A DNA stretch of 64,000 nt, taken from contig NC_043006.1 in NCBI RefSeq assembly GCF_006345805.1, forward strand, positions 35,402,001 through 35,466,000, given 5' to 3'. Positions 38,345-52,916 of this stretch are shown here, piece after piece. A program made the translations under genes and the position numbers. Each line of letters opens with the position of its first letter. Positions within the stretch are counted from its first letter, which is position 1. The notes under the pieces were generated by a model. That model was not told the DNA's origin, did no database searches, and saw only the letters and a list, made by a program, of their open reading frames with translations. This DNA comes from Octopus sinensis (taxonomy: Eukaryota).

Positions 38345-40310
38345 ATAATTGACGATAACGGTGTGACCATGAGTGGAACAAATGGTGAAGATGCCGCACC
38401 GGACAGGTGCCCCATAGGACAGCAAGTTAGGCCCCGTCGTAATCCAGCAAATGCTAGCCATGCTACAAGACATAGGTGGAGTAAACAAGTAAACATGATG
38501 GTTATGGAATGTTACTACCGGAACACACAGTTGTTTGCGAATGGCGTGCCTGTCAGAGGGTTCAGTGAATGGAAGGTAATGGAATAGCTTGAAATTGCTG
38601 AGCAGATATTATGTGACCAGCCAAGACTAATACGAAGTAATGGATGATTAACAGAATTTCTGAAGATAAACTCCTAGAGCAGTGTAGTGTCAATGTTTAT
38701 TAGGAAAAGAAATGGAGAGCTTAAGAATGAGTGGCAATTCGAAAAAGTTAGGAAGAAGTATGCTGTAGATACGAAAGACCTGTATGTTGTAATTGAAGAA
38801 CTGAAGCAGCGCATACATGCAAAAAAAGCAAAGCTAACTAAGTTTGAACAACAAATTTTCCAAAGAGATTAATGATGATCAAAAACGTGAAAGATTAGTC
38901 TCTGAAGCGGATGAAAGTCGACTTTTCTGGAGTAAGATATAGAGTAAGCAAGAACAATAATACTACAGCTGAATGGTTTTGCAGCCTGAAGCAGATAGCT
39001 TCTTATCCCCAGCAAGAGGCTATTCACTTCACAGAAGGCAGTACCCGAAATACGAGTAAAATGATAAGCAATTGGAAAGCAGGAGGACCGGATGGTGTAC
39101 AGGGATTTTGGATAAAATAGTTCAGTAGTTGCCATAAATTAATCCCAGAGCAATTTAATGCATTGATCAATGGAGAAGAAGAAATCCCAGGCTGGTTGAC
39201 AAGAGAATGAATGGCGTTGTGTTTGAAAGATGCATCGAAGGGAAATGCTGCTGACAAATGCAGGCCAATTTCCTGCCTCCTATTAATGTGAAAGTTACTG
39301 TCAGGAGGAATTGCAAAAGAACTGTATAAACTTTTTGATGAGAACGATATATTACCGACGGAACAAAATGGCTGTTAAAGGAGATGCAGAGGTACCAAAG
39401 ATCAATTATTGATAGACAAAATGGTAATGCAAACTTGTACGGAAAACAAATCTGAGAATGAACTGGATTGGCAACCGCAAATTTATGATATGATGCCACA
39501 TTCACGGATCATTGAATACTTAGATCTATTTGGAATTGCGAGGAATATAACGTGTTTCTTGAAGAGAAATATGGTGGACTGGAAAACGGAACTGAAATCT
39601 TACGGGGAAAGCTTGGGCACACTCTGGGTATCAGAAGACAGGGGGATAGACAATTTCCGTTGCTTTTTCCCTAGCAGGAGTATAATTACTGAACAGAGAC
39701 TTGATTAAATAAACTGAAACAGAAGGATACAAATACCTTGGTGTACTACAAGGCATCGAGATAATGGAAAAGGAAATCCAAGAGCAAATGAAGATGGAAT
39801 ATTTCCGAAGACTGAGGTTGGTTTGCGCTCAAAATTGACCAGATAGAATACAATCCAAGCGGAAATTATGAAGTGCCTAAAAAGAGGCTTAATGAAAATG
39901 GATAACAAAACCAGAAAATGTTGATAGTGCACGGGGCCTGCCACCCTAAGTGTGACACCGATAGGCTGTACTTTTCCAGAAGTAAAGGTGGGATAGATTT
40001 GCTGTTACCAGGACTGTATCGAAGCAGAGGAAAACTGCTTAGGGTAGTATATAAATGCAGAATGTATGGTGAGAGGGGTGAAACTGTAAGGCACATCGTT
40101 AGCGAATTTGCGAAATTGGCACAAGGCGAATACAAAAGATGCTTTGGCAATGTGGCAAGAATGATCCGCTGGGAACTCTGTGGAAATCACGGCCTACAAA
40201 GAGCAAGGACATGGTATAAGAAAACTCCAAAAGGAGTCAACGAAAATGAGAATTGCAAAATCCTGAGGGATGTAATGATCCAGTACGATCCTTCGAGCAG
40301 ATACAAGAGA
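38345..40310 (+). mobile_element. Decayed, internally deleted R4/Dong-clade LINE retaining its N-terminus
   Basis: RWSKQVNMMVMECYY, NWKAGGPDGVQGFWIK, RPISCL, GTKDQLLIDK, YDMMPHS, YKYLG, HPKCDTDRLY, KILRDVMIQ. Confidence 0.88.
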
Positions 40311-40314
40311 CGGG

Positions 40315-41621
40315 CTATGAGCACCTGGGGATACTGGAAATGGATAAATTGATGGAGAAAGAAATGACAGAAAATTTAACTGACACTGAAACTTAAGTCG
40401 GAATTAAACAGACGGAATAATATCGAAGCTATCAGCACCTGGGTGGTTTAACTACTTAGATATGGAGCAGGGGTAATCGCAGGGATAGTAGACGAACTAA
40501 CAGCTTAGACAGAAAGACAGGGAAGTTGCTGACTAGATATAGGATACTCCACTCCAAAAGTGACACAGACAGACTGTATGTACCAAGAAAAAGAGGGGGA
40601 GAGAACTGATTGGATGCGAACACAGAGTTAGAGCAGAAGAAAACAACATGGCATGGTATGTAAAAATGCCACAAAATCACTGTTATTGGTATTAAGAAGT
40701 TCAGGCTTGTGTAGGATGGAAGATTGCAAAGATAAAGCACTGTACAAGGAGTTGAGAATGAATGAAACTGAAAATAGGCGGATAAAGAAAAGAATGCATG
40801 GAAATTTCATAGGGATGTTGAAGAAAAAACAGACAGAGAAAAAGATGGCTATGGATGTCTAAAAGTGGTTTTAAACCAGAAACGGAGGCTCTAATCTGTG
40901 CTGCCCAAGAGCAAGCATTAAGAACCAATTACATCAAATACAGAATAGACAACACATCAGAAAGTGATAAGTGCAGAATTTGTGGGCAAAATTGTGAAAC
41001 CGTATGGCATATTACCAGTCAATGTACGCCACTAGCCCAGAATGAATATAAAAGCCATCCTGACAATATAGCCAGGCTTGTCCATTGGGCATTTTGCAAC
41101 AAGTATGGACTTGAGAGAGCAAATAAGTAGTACGAACATAAACCCGAAGGCATCATCGAAATGATAATGCAAAGATCCTATGGGATTTTATGATTCAGCG
41201 CGACCATGAGAATAGGAAGCCAGATATAGTGTTAATTGAGAGATAAAGCAAACGATACTGGTTCATAGATATATCATGCCCAGCTCACAACAAGGTATGG
41301 AATAAGAAATAAAGAAAAATCGATAGATATGACAGGTTAGCTTGGGAAGTTAAGCAGTTGTGGTCGCTAAAAAAGGTGGAAGTAGTACAATAATTGTCAG
41401 AGCCCTGGGAACATTGAGTAAAATTATTGAGAAGTACATGGAACAAATAGGGGCTGCCATAAGGTTAGAGCACTTGCAGAAAACAGCACTGCTTGGAACC
41501 GCTCGAATACTCCGGATGGTGCTCGAAAACTATGGGTTGTTACCTTAGATCACTGGTAGTGAACAGCCGAAATCGTAGCACAAATCCAGCATTAGAAGCT
41601 GTGCAAAGACAATAATAATAA
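40315..41621 (+). mobile_element. Second 5'-truncated R4/Dong LINE with 3' end
   Basis: YLGILEMDK, HSKSDTDRLY, FKPETEALICAAQEQAL, CRICGQNCETVWHITSQC, RKPDIVL, QKTALLGTARILRMVLE, 3' UTR and AATAATAATAA tail. Confidence 0.9.
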
Positions 41622-41949
41622 CTGCTTATGGTCTCAAGCTAATACAAAACTCAATGACAACGTGGTGAACTGAATTTACAGCAAGGGGAAATAAGCCAGG
41701 AGAGGCAAATATCAAAAGGAGACAGCATGTTGTCTGCATACTGTCACTAACGAGCGTTTTAAGAAAGATGCGTGTGAGGTACATGCTATTCAGGGTGAAT
41801 TGGCATGAATCCACTCGGCCAACAAGGACAACCACTGACCCACAGAACGACTTTCACATTTTTCTACATTTGTAGATGAACCTTAGTGGTTTCCCTTTTC
41901 GTAGTTGAATCTCCTCTGTCATTTTCACTCAGGTGTTCTCTTCCAGTTA

Positions 41950-42110
41950 AGATGCGTGGCCTAGTGGCTACGTGTGCTACACTCACGATCGTAGGGTTGT
42001 GCTTTCGATTTCTGAACCAAGCGGTGCGTTGTATTCTTGAACTAACTCATTTCACATCGTTCCAGCCAACCCAGCTGTAAATTTGTAACGCAGGTGTAAC
42101 CCAGCTGTAA
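41950..42110 (+). mobile_element. SINE family B, diverged
   Basis: GCGTGGCCTAGTGG head and decayed core. Confidence 0.6.
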
Positions 42111-42599
42111 ATATGATAGACTGACGTCTCTGTCAGGGGAAAAATTTTCATCGCAGCCATGCCGTAAAAACTGGAAACGGTCCTTTTAACTCCTAATGTT
42201 CGGAACTGTAATGTCGAAGGGGATTCCAATTTCTTACTCCCGACTGACGTGTGTCTCCTCTTCTTGTCACCTACATTGCTTTCCTCAACCTGCAGTTGAT
42301 TAAGTTAATCCCAATATTAAAACGTTGCGTATTTAACGTTCACTGAAGGATGAAAGAGAAAGTCGACTTCGGTGGAATTCGATTTCAGAAAATATATGAC
42401 CGTAAATAAAATACGATACACAGTTTTCTTCGATGCTATGGCATCTCCGTCACTTACGACAATCAGTGTTTGAATTGATTCGATCATCGGAACATCCAGC
42501 TCGTGAAATTAACGTGCAAGTGGCTAAGTACACCTTAGATATGCGTAACCTTAACATAGTTCTCAGTGAGATTCAGAGACACAGAATAGAACAAGGCTG

Positions 42600-42765
42600 G
42601 CCCTCCGAATTACATGTAGAACTCAGTTTTGCCAGCTGAGTGGACTGGAACAATGTGAAATAAAGTAAGTTGCCCAAGGACACAATGAACCGTCGGCTAT
42701 CGAACTCATGACTTTACGATCATGATCCGAATAACCGAATCACCAAGCTATGCGCCTTCACCTCC
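42600..42765 (-). mobile_element. SINE family B, diverged
   Basis: Minus strand GAGTTCGATAGCC, TGTGTCCTTGGGCAAC, CCAGTCCACTCAGCTGGCAAAA. Confidence 0.7.
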
Positions 42766-43884
42766 GATGCTCTAATTTTTCTGTGAATCCGCCTTTGGAA
42801 ATGACCTTAAACTACACTGTGAAACTATAACTAATATGATAAAAATGTTTTGACCTGTTTCGCCGATTCTGAATAAATATAGGGCTGGAGTTTGGCCAAG
42901 ATTCTAAAACGCTGTAAAATTACAAGCCAGTCTAACAACATCACTATCAATAACCCGACTACTTCTCCAATATCCGGTAAATAGTATTGAATATAACTAA
43001 GGATGGCCGACAACTCGTTCTATGACGATGATTGTAATAAGAAACACATATCCAGCGAATATTACACTAGAATGAACAATATGTAGGAATCGGTGCTCTT
43101 CATATGCAATAGAACAATAGCCCTTTCATGTCTGTGCTGTACCAGCAGTAATACTAATATTTGGGGCACGAAAACGGTATAGACACTTCTAGGAAGACGT
43201 GTGATATGCTAGAAATAGCAGTCACATTTCGCTCGAATCACATTCGATCATGTTGAAATATGAAGAGCATATCGAATAATGTAATTTCAGGTATATAATG
43301 TTTGTATACGAATGCTTGATGATAGTGTGAAGTGTTTTTAACCATAGTTCTGCTTGATCTGAACAGAACCACACACCAACAAGCAACTATATGCTCAGTC
43401 ACATAAACAGAAAGAGAAAAAGACAGAGAGGGAGAGAGAGAGGGGAGAGAGAGAGAGGATGAGAGAGAGAAAACATAAAAACGAAAAAGCATTAAAACAA
43501 GAGAAACATTAAAACACCGAATATCAAATTAGTCAGCGTCGAATCTGCGACGCCAAATTGATGGCACCAAAACTGCTTTGCCAAAACGTCTCATATTTCA
43601 GAAATTTCCACATCGTTGACGAAATGATCATAGCTGTAACTTTCTTGTTCATAGATTTACTCATTTAAAATTCCTGACATTAAACAATAATAACCACATC
43701 AATAAACGGTTGCGCTTCGCCTGACCATTCGTGGGAAGAAATAGCAGCAAGATCTTTTGAAAAAAGATGGGAACTTTATACGACCTTCCATACATTATGC
43801 ATAATAAAGAGGAATAAACAGTTCCGAGACGCTTTGATTATTGATATGTTCTGTCGAGCTGAAATCTATACTAAATATAAACAA

Positions 43885-44263
43885 AGGCGCAGGAGTGGCT
43901 TGCTTACCAGCCACAGGGTTCTGGGTTCAGTCCCACTGCGTGGCAACTTGGGCAAGTGTCTTCTACTATAGCCTCGGGCCTATCGAAGACTTGTGAATGG
44001 ATTTGGTAGACGGAAACTAAAAGAAGCCCGTGTGTGTCTGTGTCTGTGTGTATTTGTGTGTCTGTGTTTGTCCCCCAACATCGCTTGACAACCGATGCTG
44101 GTGTGTTTACGTCCCCGTAACTTAGTGGTTCGGCAAGAGAGACCTATAAAATAAGTACTAGGCTTACAAAGAATAAGTCCTGGGATCCATTTGCTCGACT
44201 AAAGGCGGTGCTCTAGCAAGGCCGCAGTCAAATGACAAACAGATAAAAGAATAAAAGAATAAA
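43885..44263 (+). mobile_element. SINE family A
   Basis: Family head (deleted), core and tail. Confidence 0.87.
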
Positions 44264-45065
44264 TATTGCTCGTTCGAGCAATATTGGTTGAGAGCAATCA
44301 GATTGTTATTTGAGTTGCAGATAGAAAGGATGACATAGCTGCTGCAATATAAGAGAAAGAACACAGATCTGACGTGAGATGAGCAGTGATATCACCAGTT
44401 GTTTTCAGATCAGGAATAGCACAGGTAATATCCTGGTTTCGTAGTCTGTTGTTATATGGAGGTGAATCTCTATGTTACTGGGCACACCCAAAGATTCCAA
44501 AGGAATTCAGGAAAGAAATGGAGTCCGCCTTGTGTTTCGATAACCATGATGATAATATCTACTCTTGAAGTTATTTGCTGTGAGTTCCTCAAAATTCTTT
44601 CGATACCATCAGGTGGGGCAAATGTTTTGTATAAGACGCTTTAGGAATGAAACAACCACTTACGCGGATAAACTGAGAGGCTCCTGCCGTTACAAGGTTT
44701 TATATTTTGAAGTAGGAGCCATGGGGATACAAGTTTTAACTTGCACAATGTTATCTTGACAAGAATGGCAAACTTTAATGTTGTAATCGTTGAATTGATT
44801 TTTATATAGTGTGGGTTGATGTGAAATGTTCTTTTATTACAATCAGAAAGTTTCTGGCTTTATTATTTAAACGTATATTGAAAAGTAGATTAACCAGGAT
44901 ACCTTATTCTTAGTTTTATATAATGCAATGCATTTTCTTCGCATAAGCTGTAAGTTTTTTGAATAAAAGCAGGAAATTGTTAAAATTACCATCGCCTAAA
45001 TATAGATCGGAAATGCGCCTACAAGCGCCGGCTGCAAGACAGACAGATACATTCAAGCCTAACTA

Positions 45066-45193
<128 letters not shown>

Positions 45194-46269
45194 GTATACT
45201 TGTGTGTAGGCATGTATATGTATCTCCCTCTGATGTATTTTGGCTAAGAATTTAAATATCAGTGATCAACCACTGTTTTTCAAACGAAGTTCCTTGCACC
45301 GAATTACACTCCATTAGCAACTTGTATCTAATAACGTTATTGATCACATTTGTGATGCAAATTATATTATAACTTCATGCACTTAGTTCCCTGAATAGAG
45401 GATACTGAACAATTTTCTCTGCAACAGTGGACGAATACCTGCACCGTTTGTGGAAATTAGATGTCTTGATTATCACTTTGAAATTATAAAATATGGAAAA
45501 AACAACGCAGAATGAAGCTCGTATTTCTCTCTCTCTTTCTCTCTCCCTCTCTCTTCTGCTTGTTTTCTTTCCTAAGATTTATAATCTAATATTCTAGAAG
45601 GTACGAATGCAAGAAAAGAGATAAATAACAACACTTATACATTAACTTCTCTTGGAATATTTTCATGCATCCTCGATATTTTGCGCAGTTTATTTGTACC
45701 GTGTTGTTGAAAGATTTTGAAATATTTTGATTATTGGCTCATGCAGAACCTATATTTCCGGCTTGTTCCAATCCTTAATATCCAAACTTTTCGTTTCTTC
45801 CCGTACAACGGATCAGGTTTTCAGTACCAAAATTTTATGGAACGAACTGATTCTATCCATGATCATCCATTTGTAAATTTTGTCCATATTCTTTTCAGAA
45901 GTGTTGTATTCCCTATATTCGTAAACTAATCAGAGAGCAGGATGTCATTTAAAGGAAATTAGACTGTCATTTATTAACAGATGCGGTTATGCCACGTAGC
46001 GGTCGCTTCCTCGTTGATCCGAGACGTACTTCGATGTTTAACTACGGAACTTAATAACTCAGAAAAGATACGGCTATAGCTTTGATTAATAAATACCAGT
46101 CTTTTAAAAGAATTGTTCTAAACGTTCAGCATACAAGACGGTTGAAAGAATCGACCAAATATGTTTATATGAACACGAACATGTGTTAAAATAGACATAA
46201 GAGCGCGGACGTGCAAACATGCACGCACACACATATACATGCAATGGGTAGCATGCGTGCATGCAAGCG

Positions 46270-46307
<38 letters not shown>

Positions 46308-46346
46308 AAGAGAGAGAGAAATAATCATATACATATACATGCTTAT

Positions 46347-46378
<32 letters not shown>

Positions 46379-46704
46379 TTATTTGAGCTGGTATTTGTGT
46401 ATATACAGTTAGTAGATGTTATCTGAATTTTAATGGAAGAATTTTGATTCTACGTTGAAGTCTAGTTCTTTGAAGAATTGTGCAAAAGATACTAACTTTA
46501 TATACATAAACAGCTATAAGTGCGTGCATAGGTACAGATAGTCATCCATGCGTGTGTGTGAGCGCGCCTACTCATAAGTACTTTTAGATATGCATTTATA
46601 TAGAAAGAACAGATAAAGAGAATCGATAATATATTGCCATCAACACACACACACAAACACGGGTGTATGTATGTGTATTAATATCTGTTTTTATTTGGAG
46701 TAAT

Positions 46705-46900
46705 AATCTTTTCTGCTATAAGCACAAGGCCAGAGTTTTTGAGAAGTGGGCAAGTGGATTTCTTTGACGCCAATGATCAACAGGTATTCATTTTATCGAC
46801 CCCAAAACATGAAATGCAAAGTCGACGTCGGCGGAATTTGAACTCAGAACGTAAAGTAAAGCCGGAAATATTTCTGCTGAGCATTACGTCTGGTGTGCCA
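46705..46900 (-). mobile_element. SINE family C, diverged
   Basis: AAAGTCGACGTCGGCGGAATTTGAACTCAGAACG and the variant tail. Confidence 0.72.
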
Positions 46901-46998
46901 TCTGTTGATTGATAATAAACCTTTAGCATTAAGCTGGTCAATCGATCAAAACTTTTGTAGATTGCTTATTTATTGTACTTTTGCCAGAAAAGTACAAT

Positions 46999-47071
46999 GA
47001 CTTCGAAGTTTCGGCCTGCTAGTCTTCACTGGCGTGTCTGACGAAATCAAGCCGGCCGAAACTTCGAAGTC
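46999..47071. repeat. 18-bp inverted repeat with hammerhead-like halves
   Basis: GACTTCGAAGTTTCGGCC (46999-47016) and GGCCGAAACTTCGAAGTC (47054-47071); CTGACGA at 47038-47044. Confidence 0.7.
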
Positions 47072-50000
47072 GTGGTCACACTTTTTGTAAAAGTGGTGTT
47101 TATGTATGTGTTTGTGTAAACATATATATGTAGGTGTAATTGAGAGGGGGGGGCGAAATGAGAGAGGGAGAGAGACTTACAGCATACTTCTGTGTTGCTT
47201 CCCTTAGTGTAGTAACAATGATGAGCAAGAGGAATGATGCTGAACAGCCAAATGAAGGATTCCTTTGTGTTTTTTTTATTTTATTTTCCTTAAAATTTAT
47301 TATTTTGACCGATAATTTCTACCGTACAGTTTAACACAATAAAATACTCTTAAGACAGAAAATGATATAATTAATCCATAATAAATATATATCTATTAAA
47401 TTAGTCGACAAATCGAAATATTGACAGGAAAAATTGTGCCATAATCAATGCGTTAACATCTTAACCATTATAAGTTTGCTCCTAAAAATGCTTGCTTGTA
47501 AAGTAAATACCACCATGGCGGATATCCAAATTACAGTGGAAAAGGCTAGCCATTGGATTTGGTTAAAAAGAAACGAGGAGCGATGGCTAGAAGAATATTG
47601 AGCTATAGTTAATAACCAGTTGATCTAGCAAGCGGGGCCTCATATGAGTGAGTGGGGCCGGTGCGCATTGATGCCGTCGAGAGGTAAGCCCCGAAACGGC
47701 GAGCATTCTCTCCTGATGACCCCATACACTTGCTAGTTTACGGTATGCGGGTTTCACGACTGGTAGCACTTGCATGTGCAAGCTGTTTGCAAAACATCAG
47801 ACTTTTAGTTAGGTGTTGATGAAAGGGACCGGTAGGCAACCATGAATTGCATAGCTTTCTTCGAGGATATTTTTTGACTTTAGGCAGCAGACACGGAATA
47901 GTTGGCTAGCTATTATCATGTATTTGCACAGAGTGAACGGCAAGAATAAATCTCTCGAAAGAATTCCAATGCTTCAAATCATATTCACCACGGTCAGATA
48001 TGATAGAACCCTGTCTTAACGTTTATTGCAATTGAGAGAAAACTTGGAACATTATCAACCGTGTAAGTTGAGTCGGGATTGCTATGTGAAAGGACGTCAG
48101 GAGTGTTAGCATATGATCCTTAGACGGTTATCATATCGATCACTTCTAAAATTGAGATTATATATTCCAAAGGGGTCAATACGACTACTACAAGTAACCC
48201 AGCGTACATCGATGGGTTTTCTACTGAGCAGGTGCAATACGTACTGACAACTTTCACAACTGGACGTATAAACGGGTAAAAATTTAGGATCCGTTTCCGT
48301 TTGGAACCCTAGATAACGCATAAAAGCTGCGATTATGTAACAAAATGTAACAAAATAGGCTAAGTATGATGCTCCCCGTGAAATGCCGGGAAGATCAAAT
48401 ATTTTTTTCTGTGGTGATTCTTGTACCGTTTGTCAGAAAGCCAAACTATTGTCATCAGTTATTGGGTTCCATATTCGCTATTTCACATCTTCAGCATTCT
48501 ATATATTCTGATTCATGAATATGCACTGAGGCTAAGATATGTATATATATTGATTTCTATAATGATTTATGTAAAAAAATACAACCTGACAGAAACCATC
48601 TTTTAAGGAAGTATTTAATATTTTTTTCAGAAAGAAAGAATGCGAAATATTTTCATAAAGAAAGCTTTCAGTCAGCTTCTGTTTCTGACAAGAGTACATT
48701 TTTGGAAGAAAAAAAAAGGAAGTGTAGACCAAGTTGTGGTACTTTCGGAATTGGAGTGTTGTCACCCACCAAGTAGAAAATGTAATGGATGGAACTATGA
48801 TTTGCTCATTTCCTCAAGGATTATTGGAGGATACAGGTAAGGATGATCAAAGAATTAATCTTGTCTCCAACCCTTGACCTCTTTTTCTACAAAACATTTC
48901 AATTCAGCCTTTACACGTTCACCTGACCTACTGAAAATAACAACCAGAATCCATATCACTGTCATATTTACTTCAATGAAGCTCTTCGCTCCCCATAAAA
49001 CTTTTCTCCGCATTTCTCAACTCTGGATCTTCTTTTTAGCCCTCTCCTGTTGGATCACTGTTATTCCACCGTTGCCTCAGAATCCTCAGAATATGTTTCG
49101 TCGAGGGAAGGCCTTTCTCTTCCACGTCTCGTTGGTTTTGAATTGTCGTTAACATTTCTGCTTTCTTCTGATAGAAGTGTACGTCCTACACAAATCTACT
49201 TTTATCCCCCACCTCTCTCCGGGAAAGGAAGGGCCATATCAGACTAGCCTGTCCAGCATGGGGAACTCTACAAGGAGCTTGTATTGCACTGCTATAGCTC
49301 TCAGGATCATCTGCTCAAACAAGCCACCTCACCACAGTAAGTACTTGACCTCGTCGTAGAAATTATACCGTCTAAAATAAGAAAAGCAAAAATTACATAA
49401 TTAATGACCTGTAGGGACATCGTATTTCGTTACGCAACCATAAAGCAGTACAAATTATATTAAACGTTTTTATAAGTCAGCACTGTGTTCTACTGTGTTA
49501 GCAGTGCTATTAAGTCACTTTAGTAAGGATATCACTACCTGATTTTCTATAGAAATTATAACCAGCGTTGATACTGTTACAAGGTTTCATATCCGAGAAA
49601 ACTGATGTAAGCAGCAACCACCAATGTATTCGTGGATGATTAAATGGATGGGTTGGATGGGTTGGATAGGTGCTGATGAAGAGGCAAAAACTCTGATATA
49701 TGCCATATATACCCATTACCCATTTTCATCTTCGATCTCATTGTTGTTTGCATCAAGTGTCTCGGATACGATATGTTGTAAGAAAATCGGTGCTGTTTAT
49801 AATTTCTACAGGAAACCTGTGGAGATAACCTTAAGTAAATTAAATAATACAATCCTAAATGCCTCTAAAAATATCAGATAATCGCAGAAGGAATGCCCTC
49901 TATTTATAGGTTTGTACGGTTAAAGTTTATAGCCACATCTATTTCACCACACGTTCTACACATTCTACAGAGCGATCAACGTAGCAATTCAGATGAGAGA

Positions 50001-50759
50001 TGGGGAAGACGAAACTGTTTTAGTTGTCTTTTATCAAAGTATGGAAGTGTAGAACAGATTATATTATTACCGAGTCCATTGTAATCATTATTGTAGTGTT
50101 TTCTCTTAGGAAAGATGGTGCAGAGATTTTTATGCGTTATGATGACAGACAAAGAGATATTCTGGTGGAGGGAACTGAAAAGAAGTTAACTATTTTCCTT
50201 ACTGATGGAAGATGTGAGGGTGGAGGAAGAAGTGGTTCATAGTAAATTTTAAGGACGGAGATAAGATGTGTTTATGGACCGTCAAGTTCCACAGTCAAGT
50301 TGGTGACTGAAACTAAGGTGGTTGCTATTTGTCTTTGTGTTAAGAACGTTCTGAGTTTCGTACGGAATCGTGGAAACGAATTGCTTTTGCCATTCGGAAA
50401 TCTATAGAATAAGTGCCGGTCCAAAATAAATATCATTTCCCTTTTACATTGTATGTCACTGTACCTTGCGACAATATTTATGTATTTATGCGTGTCTACG
50501 TAATTTAGAAATGGTTCACTCTGAAAGAAAATGTACGTGTATCAGCATCACTGGTTTGTCGAGACAAATGGCATTGATGCCGCTAGCGGTTGCATGACGG
50601 GACGACGAAGTCCTGGGGACGAAGGATTAATATGACAGTAAATGTGAGGTTTAAGGAGTGGTGGAAATCGGAATTAGTGACTAGAAGATGAACGAGTTGG
50701 CAAGTGCTTGAATGAAGAGTAGGAGAAATGCTGACTTCGATGAGAAGAGGCCAACATGG

Positions 50760-50926
50760 TTATTTCTTTATTGCCCACAAAGGGCTAAACATAGCGGGGA
50801 CAAACAAGGACGAGCAAAGGGATTAAGTCGATTACAATGACCTTACTGCGTAACTGGTACTTATTTAATCGATCCCAAGGGTTGAAAGGCAAAGTTGACC
50901 TCGGCGGAATTTGAACTGAGAACGTA
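50760..50926 (-). mobile_element. SINE family C, 3' part
   Basis: Family core and TTATTTCTTTATTGCCCACA tail. Confidence 0.82.
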
Positions 50927-51759
50927 TAGTGCTAGAAAAGCGAGGGAGAAGACACAATATTGTGATTGATCAAAAAAAACTCAAACACTCAATGTCAAGC
51001 CGACACTTGGTCTGTCTATTGTGTCACATTTTAGGTGTGTGAGGTTGGTGCCATATTAGAGATTTTGGTGTCGTGAGTTGGAAGAAAGTCTTGATCAAAG
51101 AGCTCGCGATTCCAAGCAAGGCGTTAATTGCCAGTAAACTCCTGACTGAAGCGGCGTGGCCTAGTGATTGCATTCATGATCGTAACGTCGTGGTTACGTT
51201 TCCCGGAGCTGGTCATGTGTTGTTAGAGTCCACTCAGCTGTGACAAAAAACAAAACGTGAATCAACTTCAGATCAGGGGAAATGCTGTGATCGCGGTCAT
51301 TCATACGCCATGGAAACCGAGTAATCGGTTTTATGACTCCTTAAGACTCGAGACAGTATATCGTCCAGTGTCAATTATGATGAAAATACTGAGAATCTTG
51401 TGGTTGTTTAGTGACAAATGAGTTTTGATCGAGCTGGTTTATGATCAAATTTGTTCCTTCCATGACCTACCCTCTATTTTATAGCCGGATATATATTGAT
51501 TTTCATGCCGTTCTATTTCAAATATAATGTGCGTGCGCGCTTGTATATACGTGTGTGTGTGTGAATAGCTATATAAACTGAGTATGTATGTATGCATGTA
51601 CATGTGTGAATATTGCCTTGCGTGTATATATTTATGACAGTAATATCGAGAAACAGGCACCCGTTATGTATTACTGATTTCAATGACTGGATCGTGGCCA
51701 TACTGGAGTAATGCCCCGATAGAGTTTTAATCGGAAAAATTAACCCCAGTAGATATTTC

Positions 51760-52110
51760 TCTTTACTTTAAGTTTGGTACTTTTTCTAACAGTCTCCTTT
51801 GCCGAGCTGCTAGGGAATAGGGACGTAAACAAACCAACGCCGGTTTCCAAGTGGTGGTGGTGGTGGTGGTAGTAGTGGTGCGACATACACAAGCGCGCGC
51901 ACGCACACACGCACACATACACATGCACGCGCACACGCACACACACACAATGGGCTTCTTTCATTTTCCATCAGCCAAATCCACTCACAAAGCATTGGCC
52001 AGTCTGGGTCTATAGTAGAAGATATTTGCCGAAGTTGCCGCGCTCTGTGGTTGAACCCGAAATCTCATTACTGCAAAGTTCGCTTCTTAGCCTCACAGCC
52101 ACGCCTAGGC
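51760..52110 (-). mobile_element. SINE family A
   Basis: Minus strand TCTTCTACTATAGACC, GCTTTGTGAGTGGATTTGG, GAAAGAAGCCC. Confidence 0.8.
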
Positions 52111-52497
52111 CCAAGTATGACAATGCCCAGCTAGTAATTTGTCTTCATTTTCCTTCTTCTATTTCCCACCTTCATTCCTTTTCAATTCCGTCTCGTTTCC
52201 TTCATTTCGCTTAAATTTGTTTCGTTTTGTTTCTTCCTCTTTCGTCTCCATTTTCTTCTCCACTCTCTTTCTCTTCATCCTCCTTCGTCGACGTTCCCCC
52301 GCGTTAGACAAAACGCTTTGACATACTTAATTTCAGCCCCTTGAATTCAAAATTCAAATCTCACCGAGATCCCCTTTTCTCTTTTATCCCTCGTGGGGTT
52401 TATAAGCTGACGTACCGTTCAAGTCCTAGGATTAATAATACTGACTGTTTATTTCCTCTCAACATTCCCGACGAAGTGCCAATTTTAGAAATCATAT

Positions 52498-52916
52498 TTA
52501 TTTCTTTATTGCCCACAGGGGGCTAAACATAGGTGGGGACAAACAAGGACAGACAAAGGGATTAAGTCGATTATATCGACCCCATTGCATAACTGGTACT
52601 TATTTAATCATCTCCGAAAGGATGAATGGCAAAGTCGATCTCTGCGGAATTTGAACTCAGAACGTAGCGGCAGACGAAATGCATATTTATATACTATCCA
52701 CAAGGGGCTAAACATAGAGCGGACAAACAAGGACAGACAAAGGGATTAAGTCGATTACATCGACCCCAGTGCGTAAATGGTACTTAATTTATCGACCCCG
52801 AAAGGATGAAAGGCAAAGTCGACCTCGGCGGAATTTGAACTCGGAACGTAGCGACAGACGAAATACTACTAAGTATTTCGTTCGGCGTGCTAACGATTCT
52901 GCCAGCTCGCCGCCTT
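52498..52916 (-). mobile_element. SINE family C dimer with a 17-bp target-site duplication
   Basis: Full unit plus headless unit; AATTTTAGAAATCATAT at 52481-52497 and 52917-52933. Confidence 0.9.

Noticed and set aside
42780-43020. Minus-strand WPNSSP resembling Tc1 WPxxSPDL
   Set aside because: One short degenerate motif, not enough to support a feature.
44565-44759. GAMG string resembling the PLE RT GTAMG motif
   Set aside because: No neighbouring RT motifs in the expected order.
48880-50760. LINE-like fragments at about 48900-49370 and 50000-50760
   Set aside because: Only vague resemblance to RTE sequence; no motif could be pinned down.
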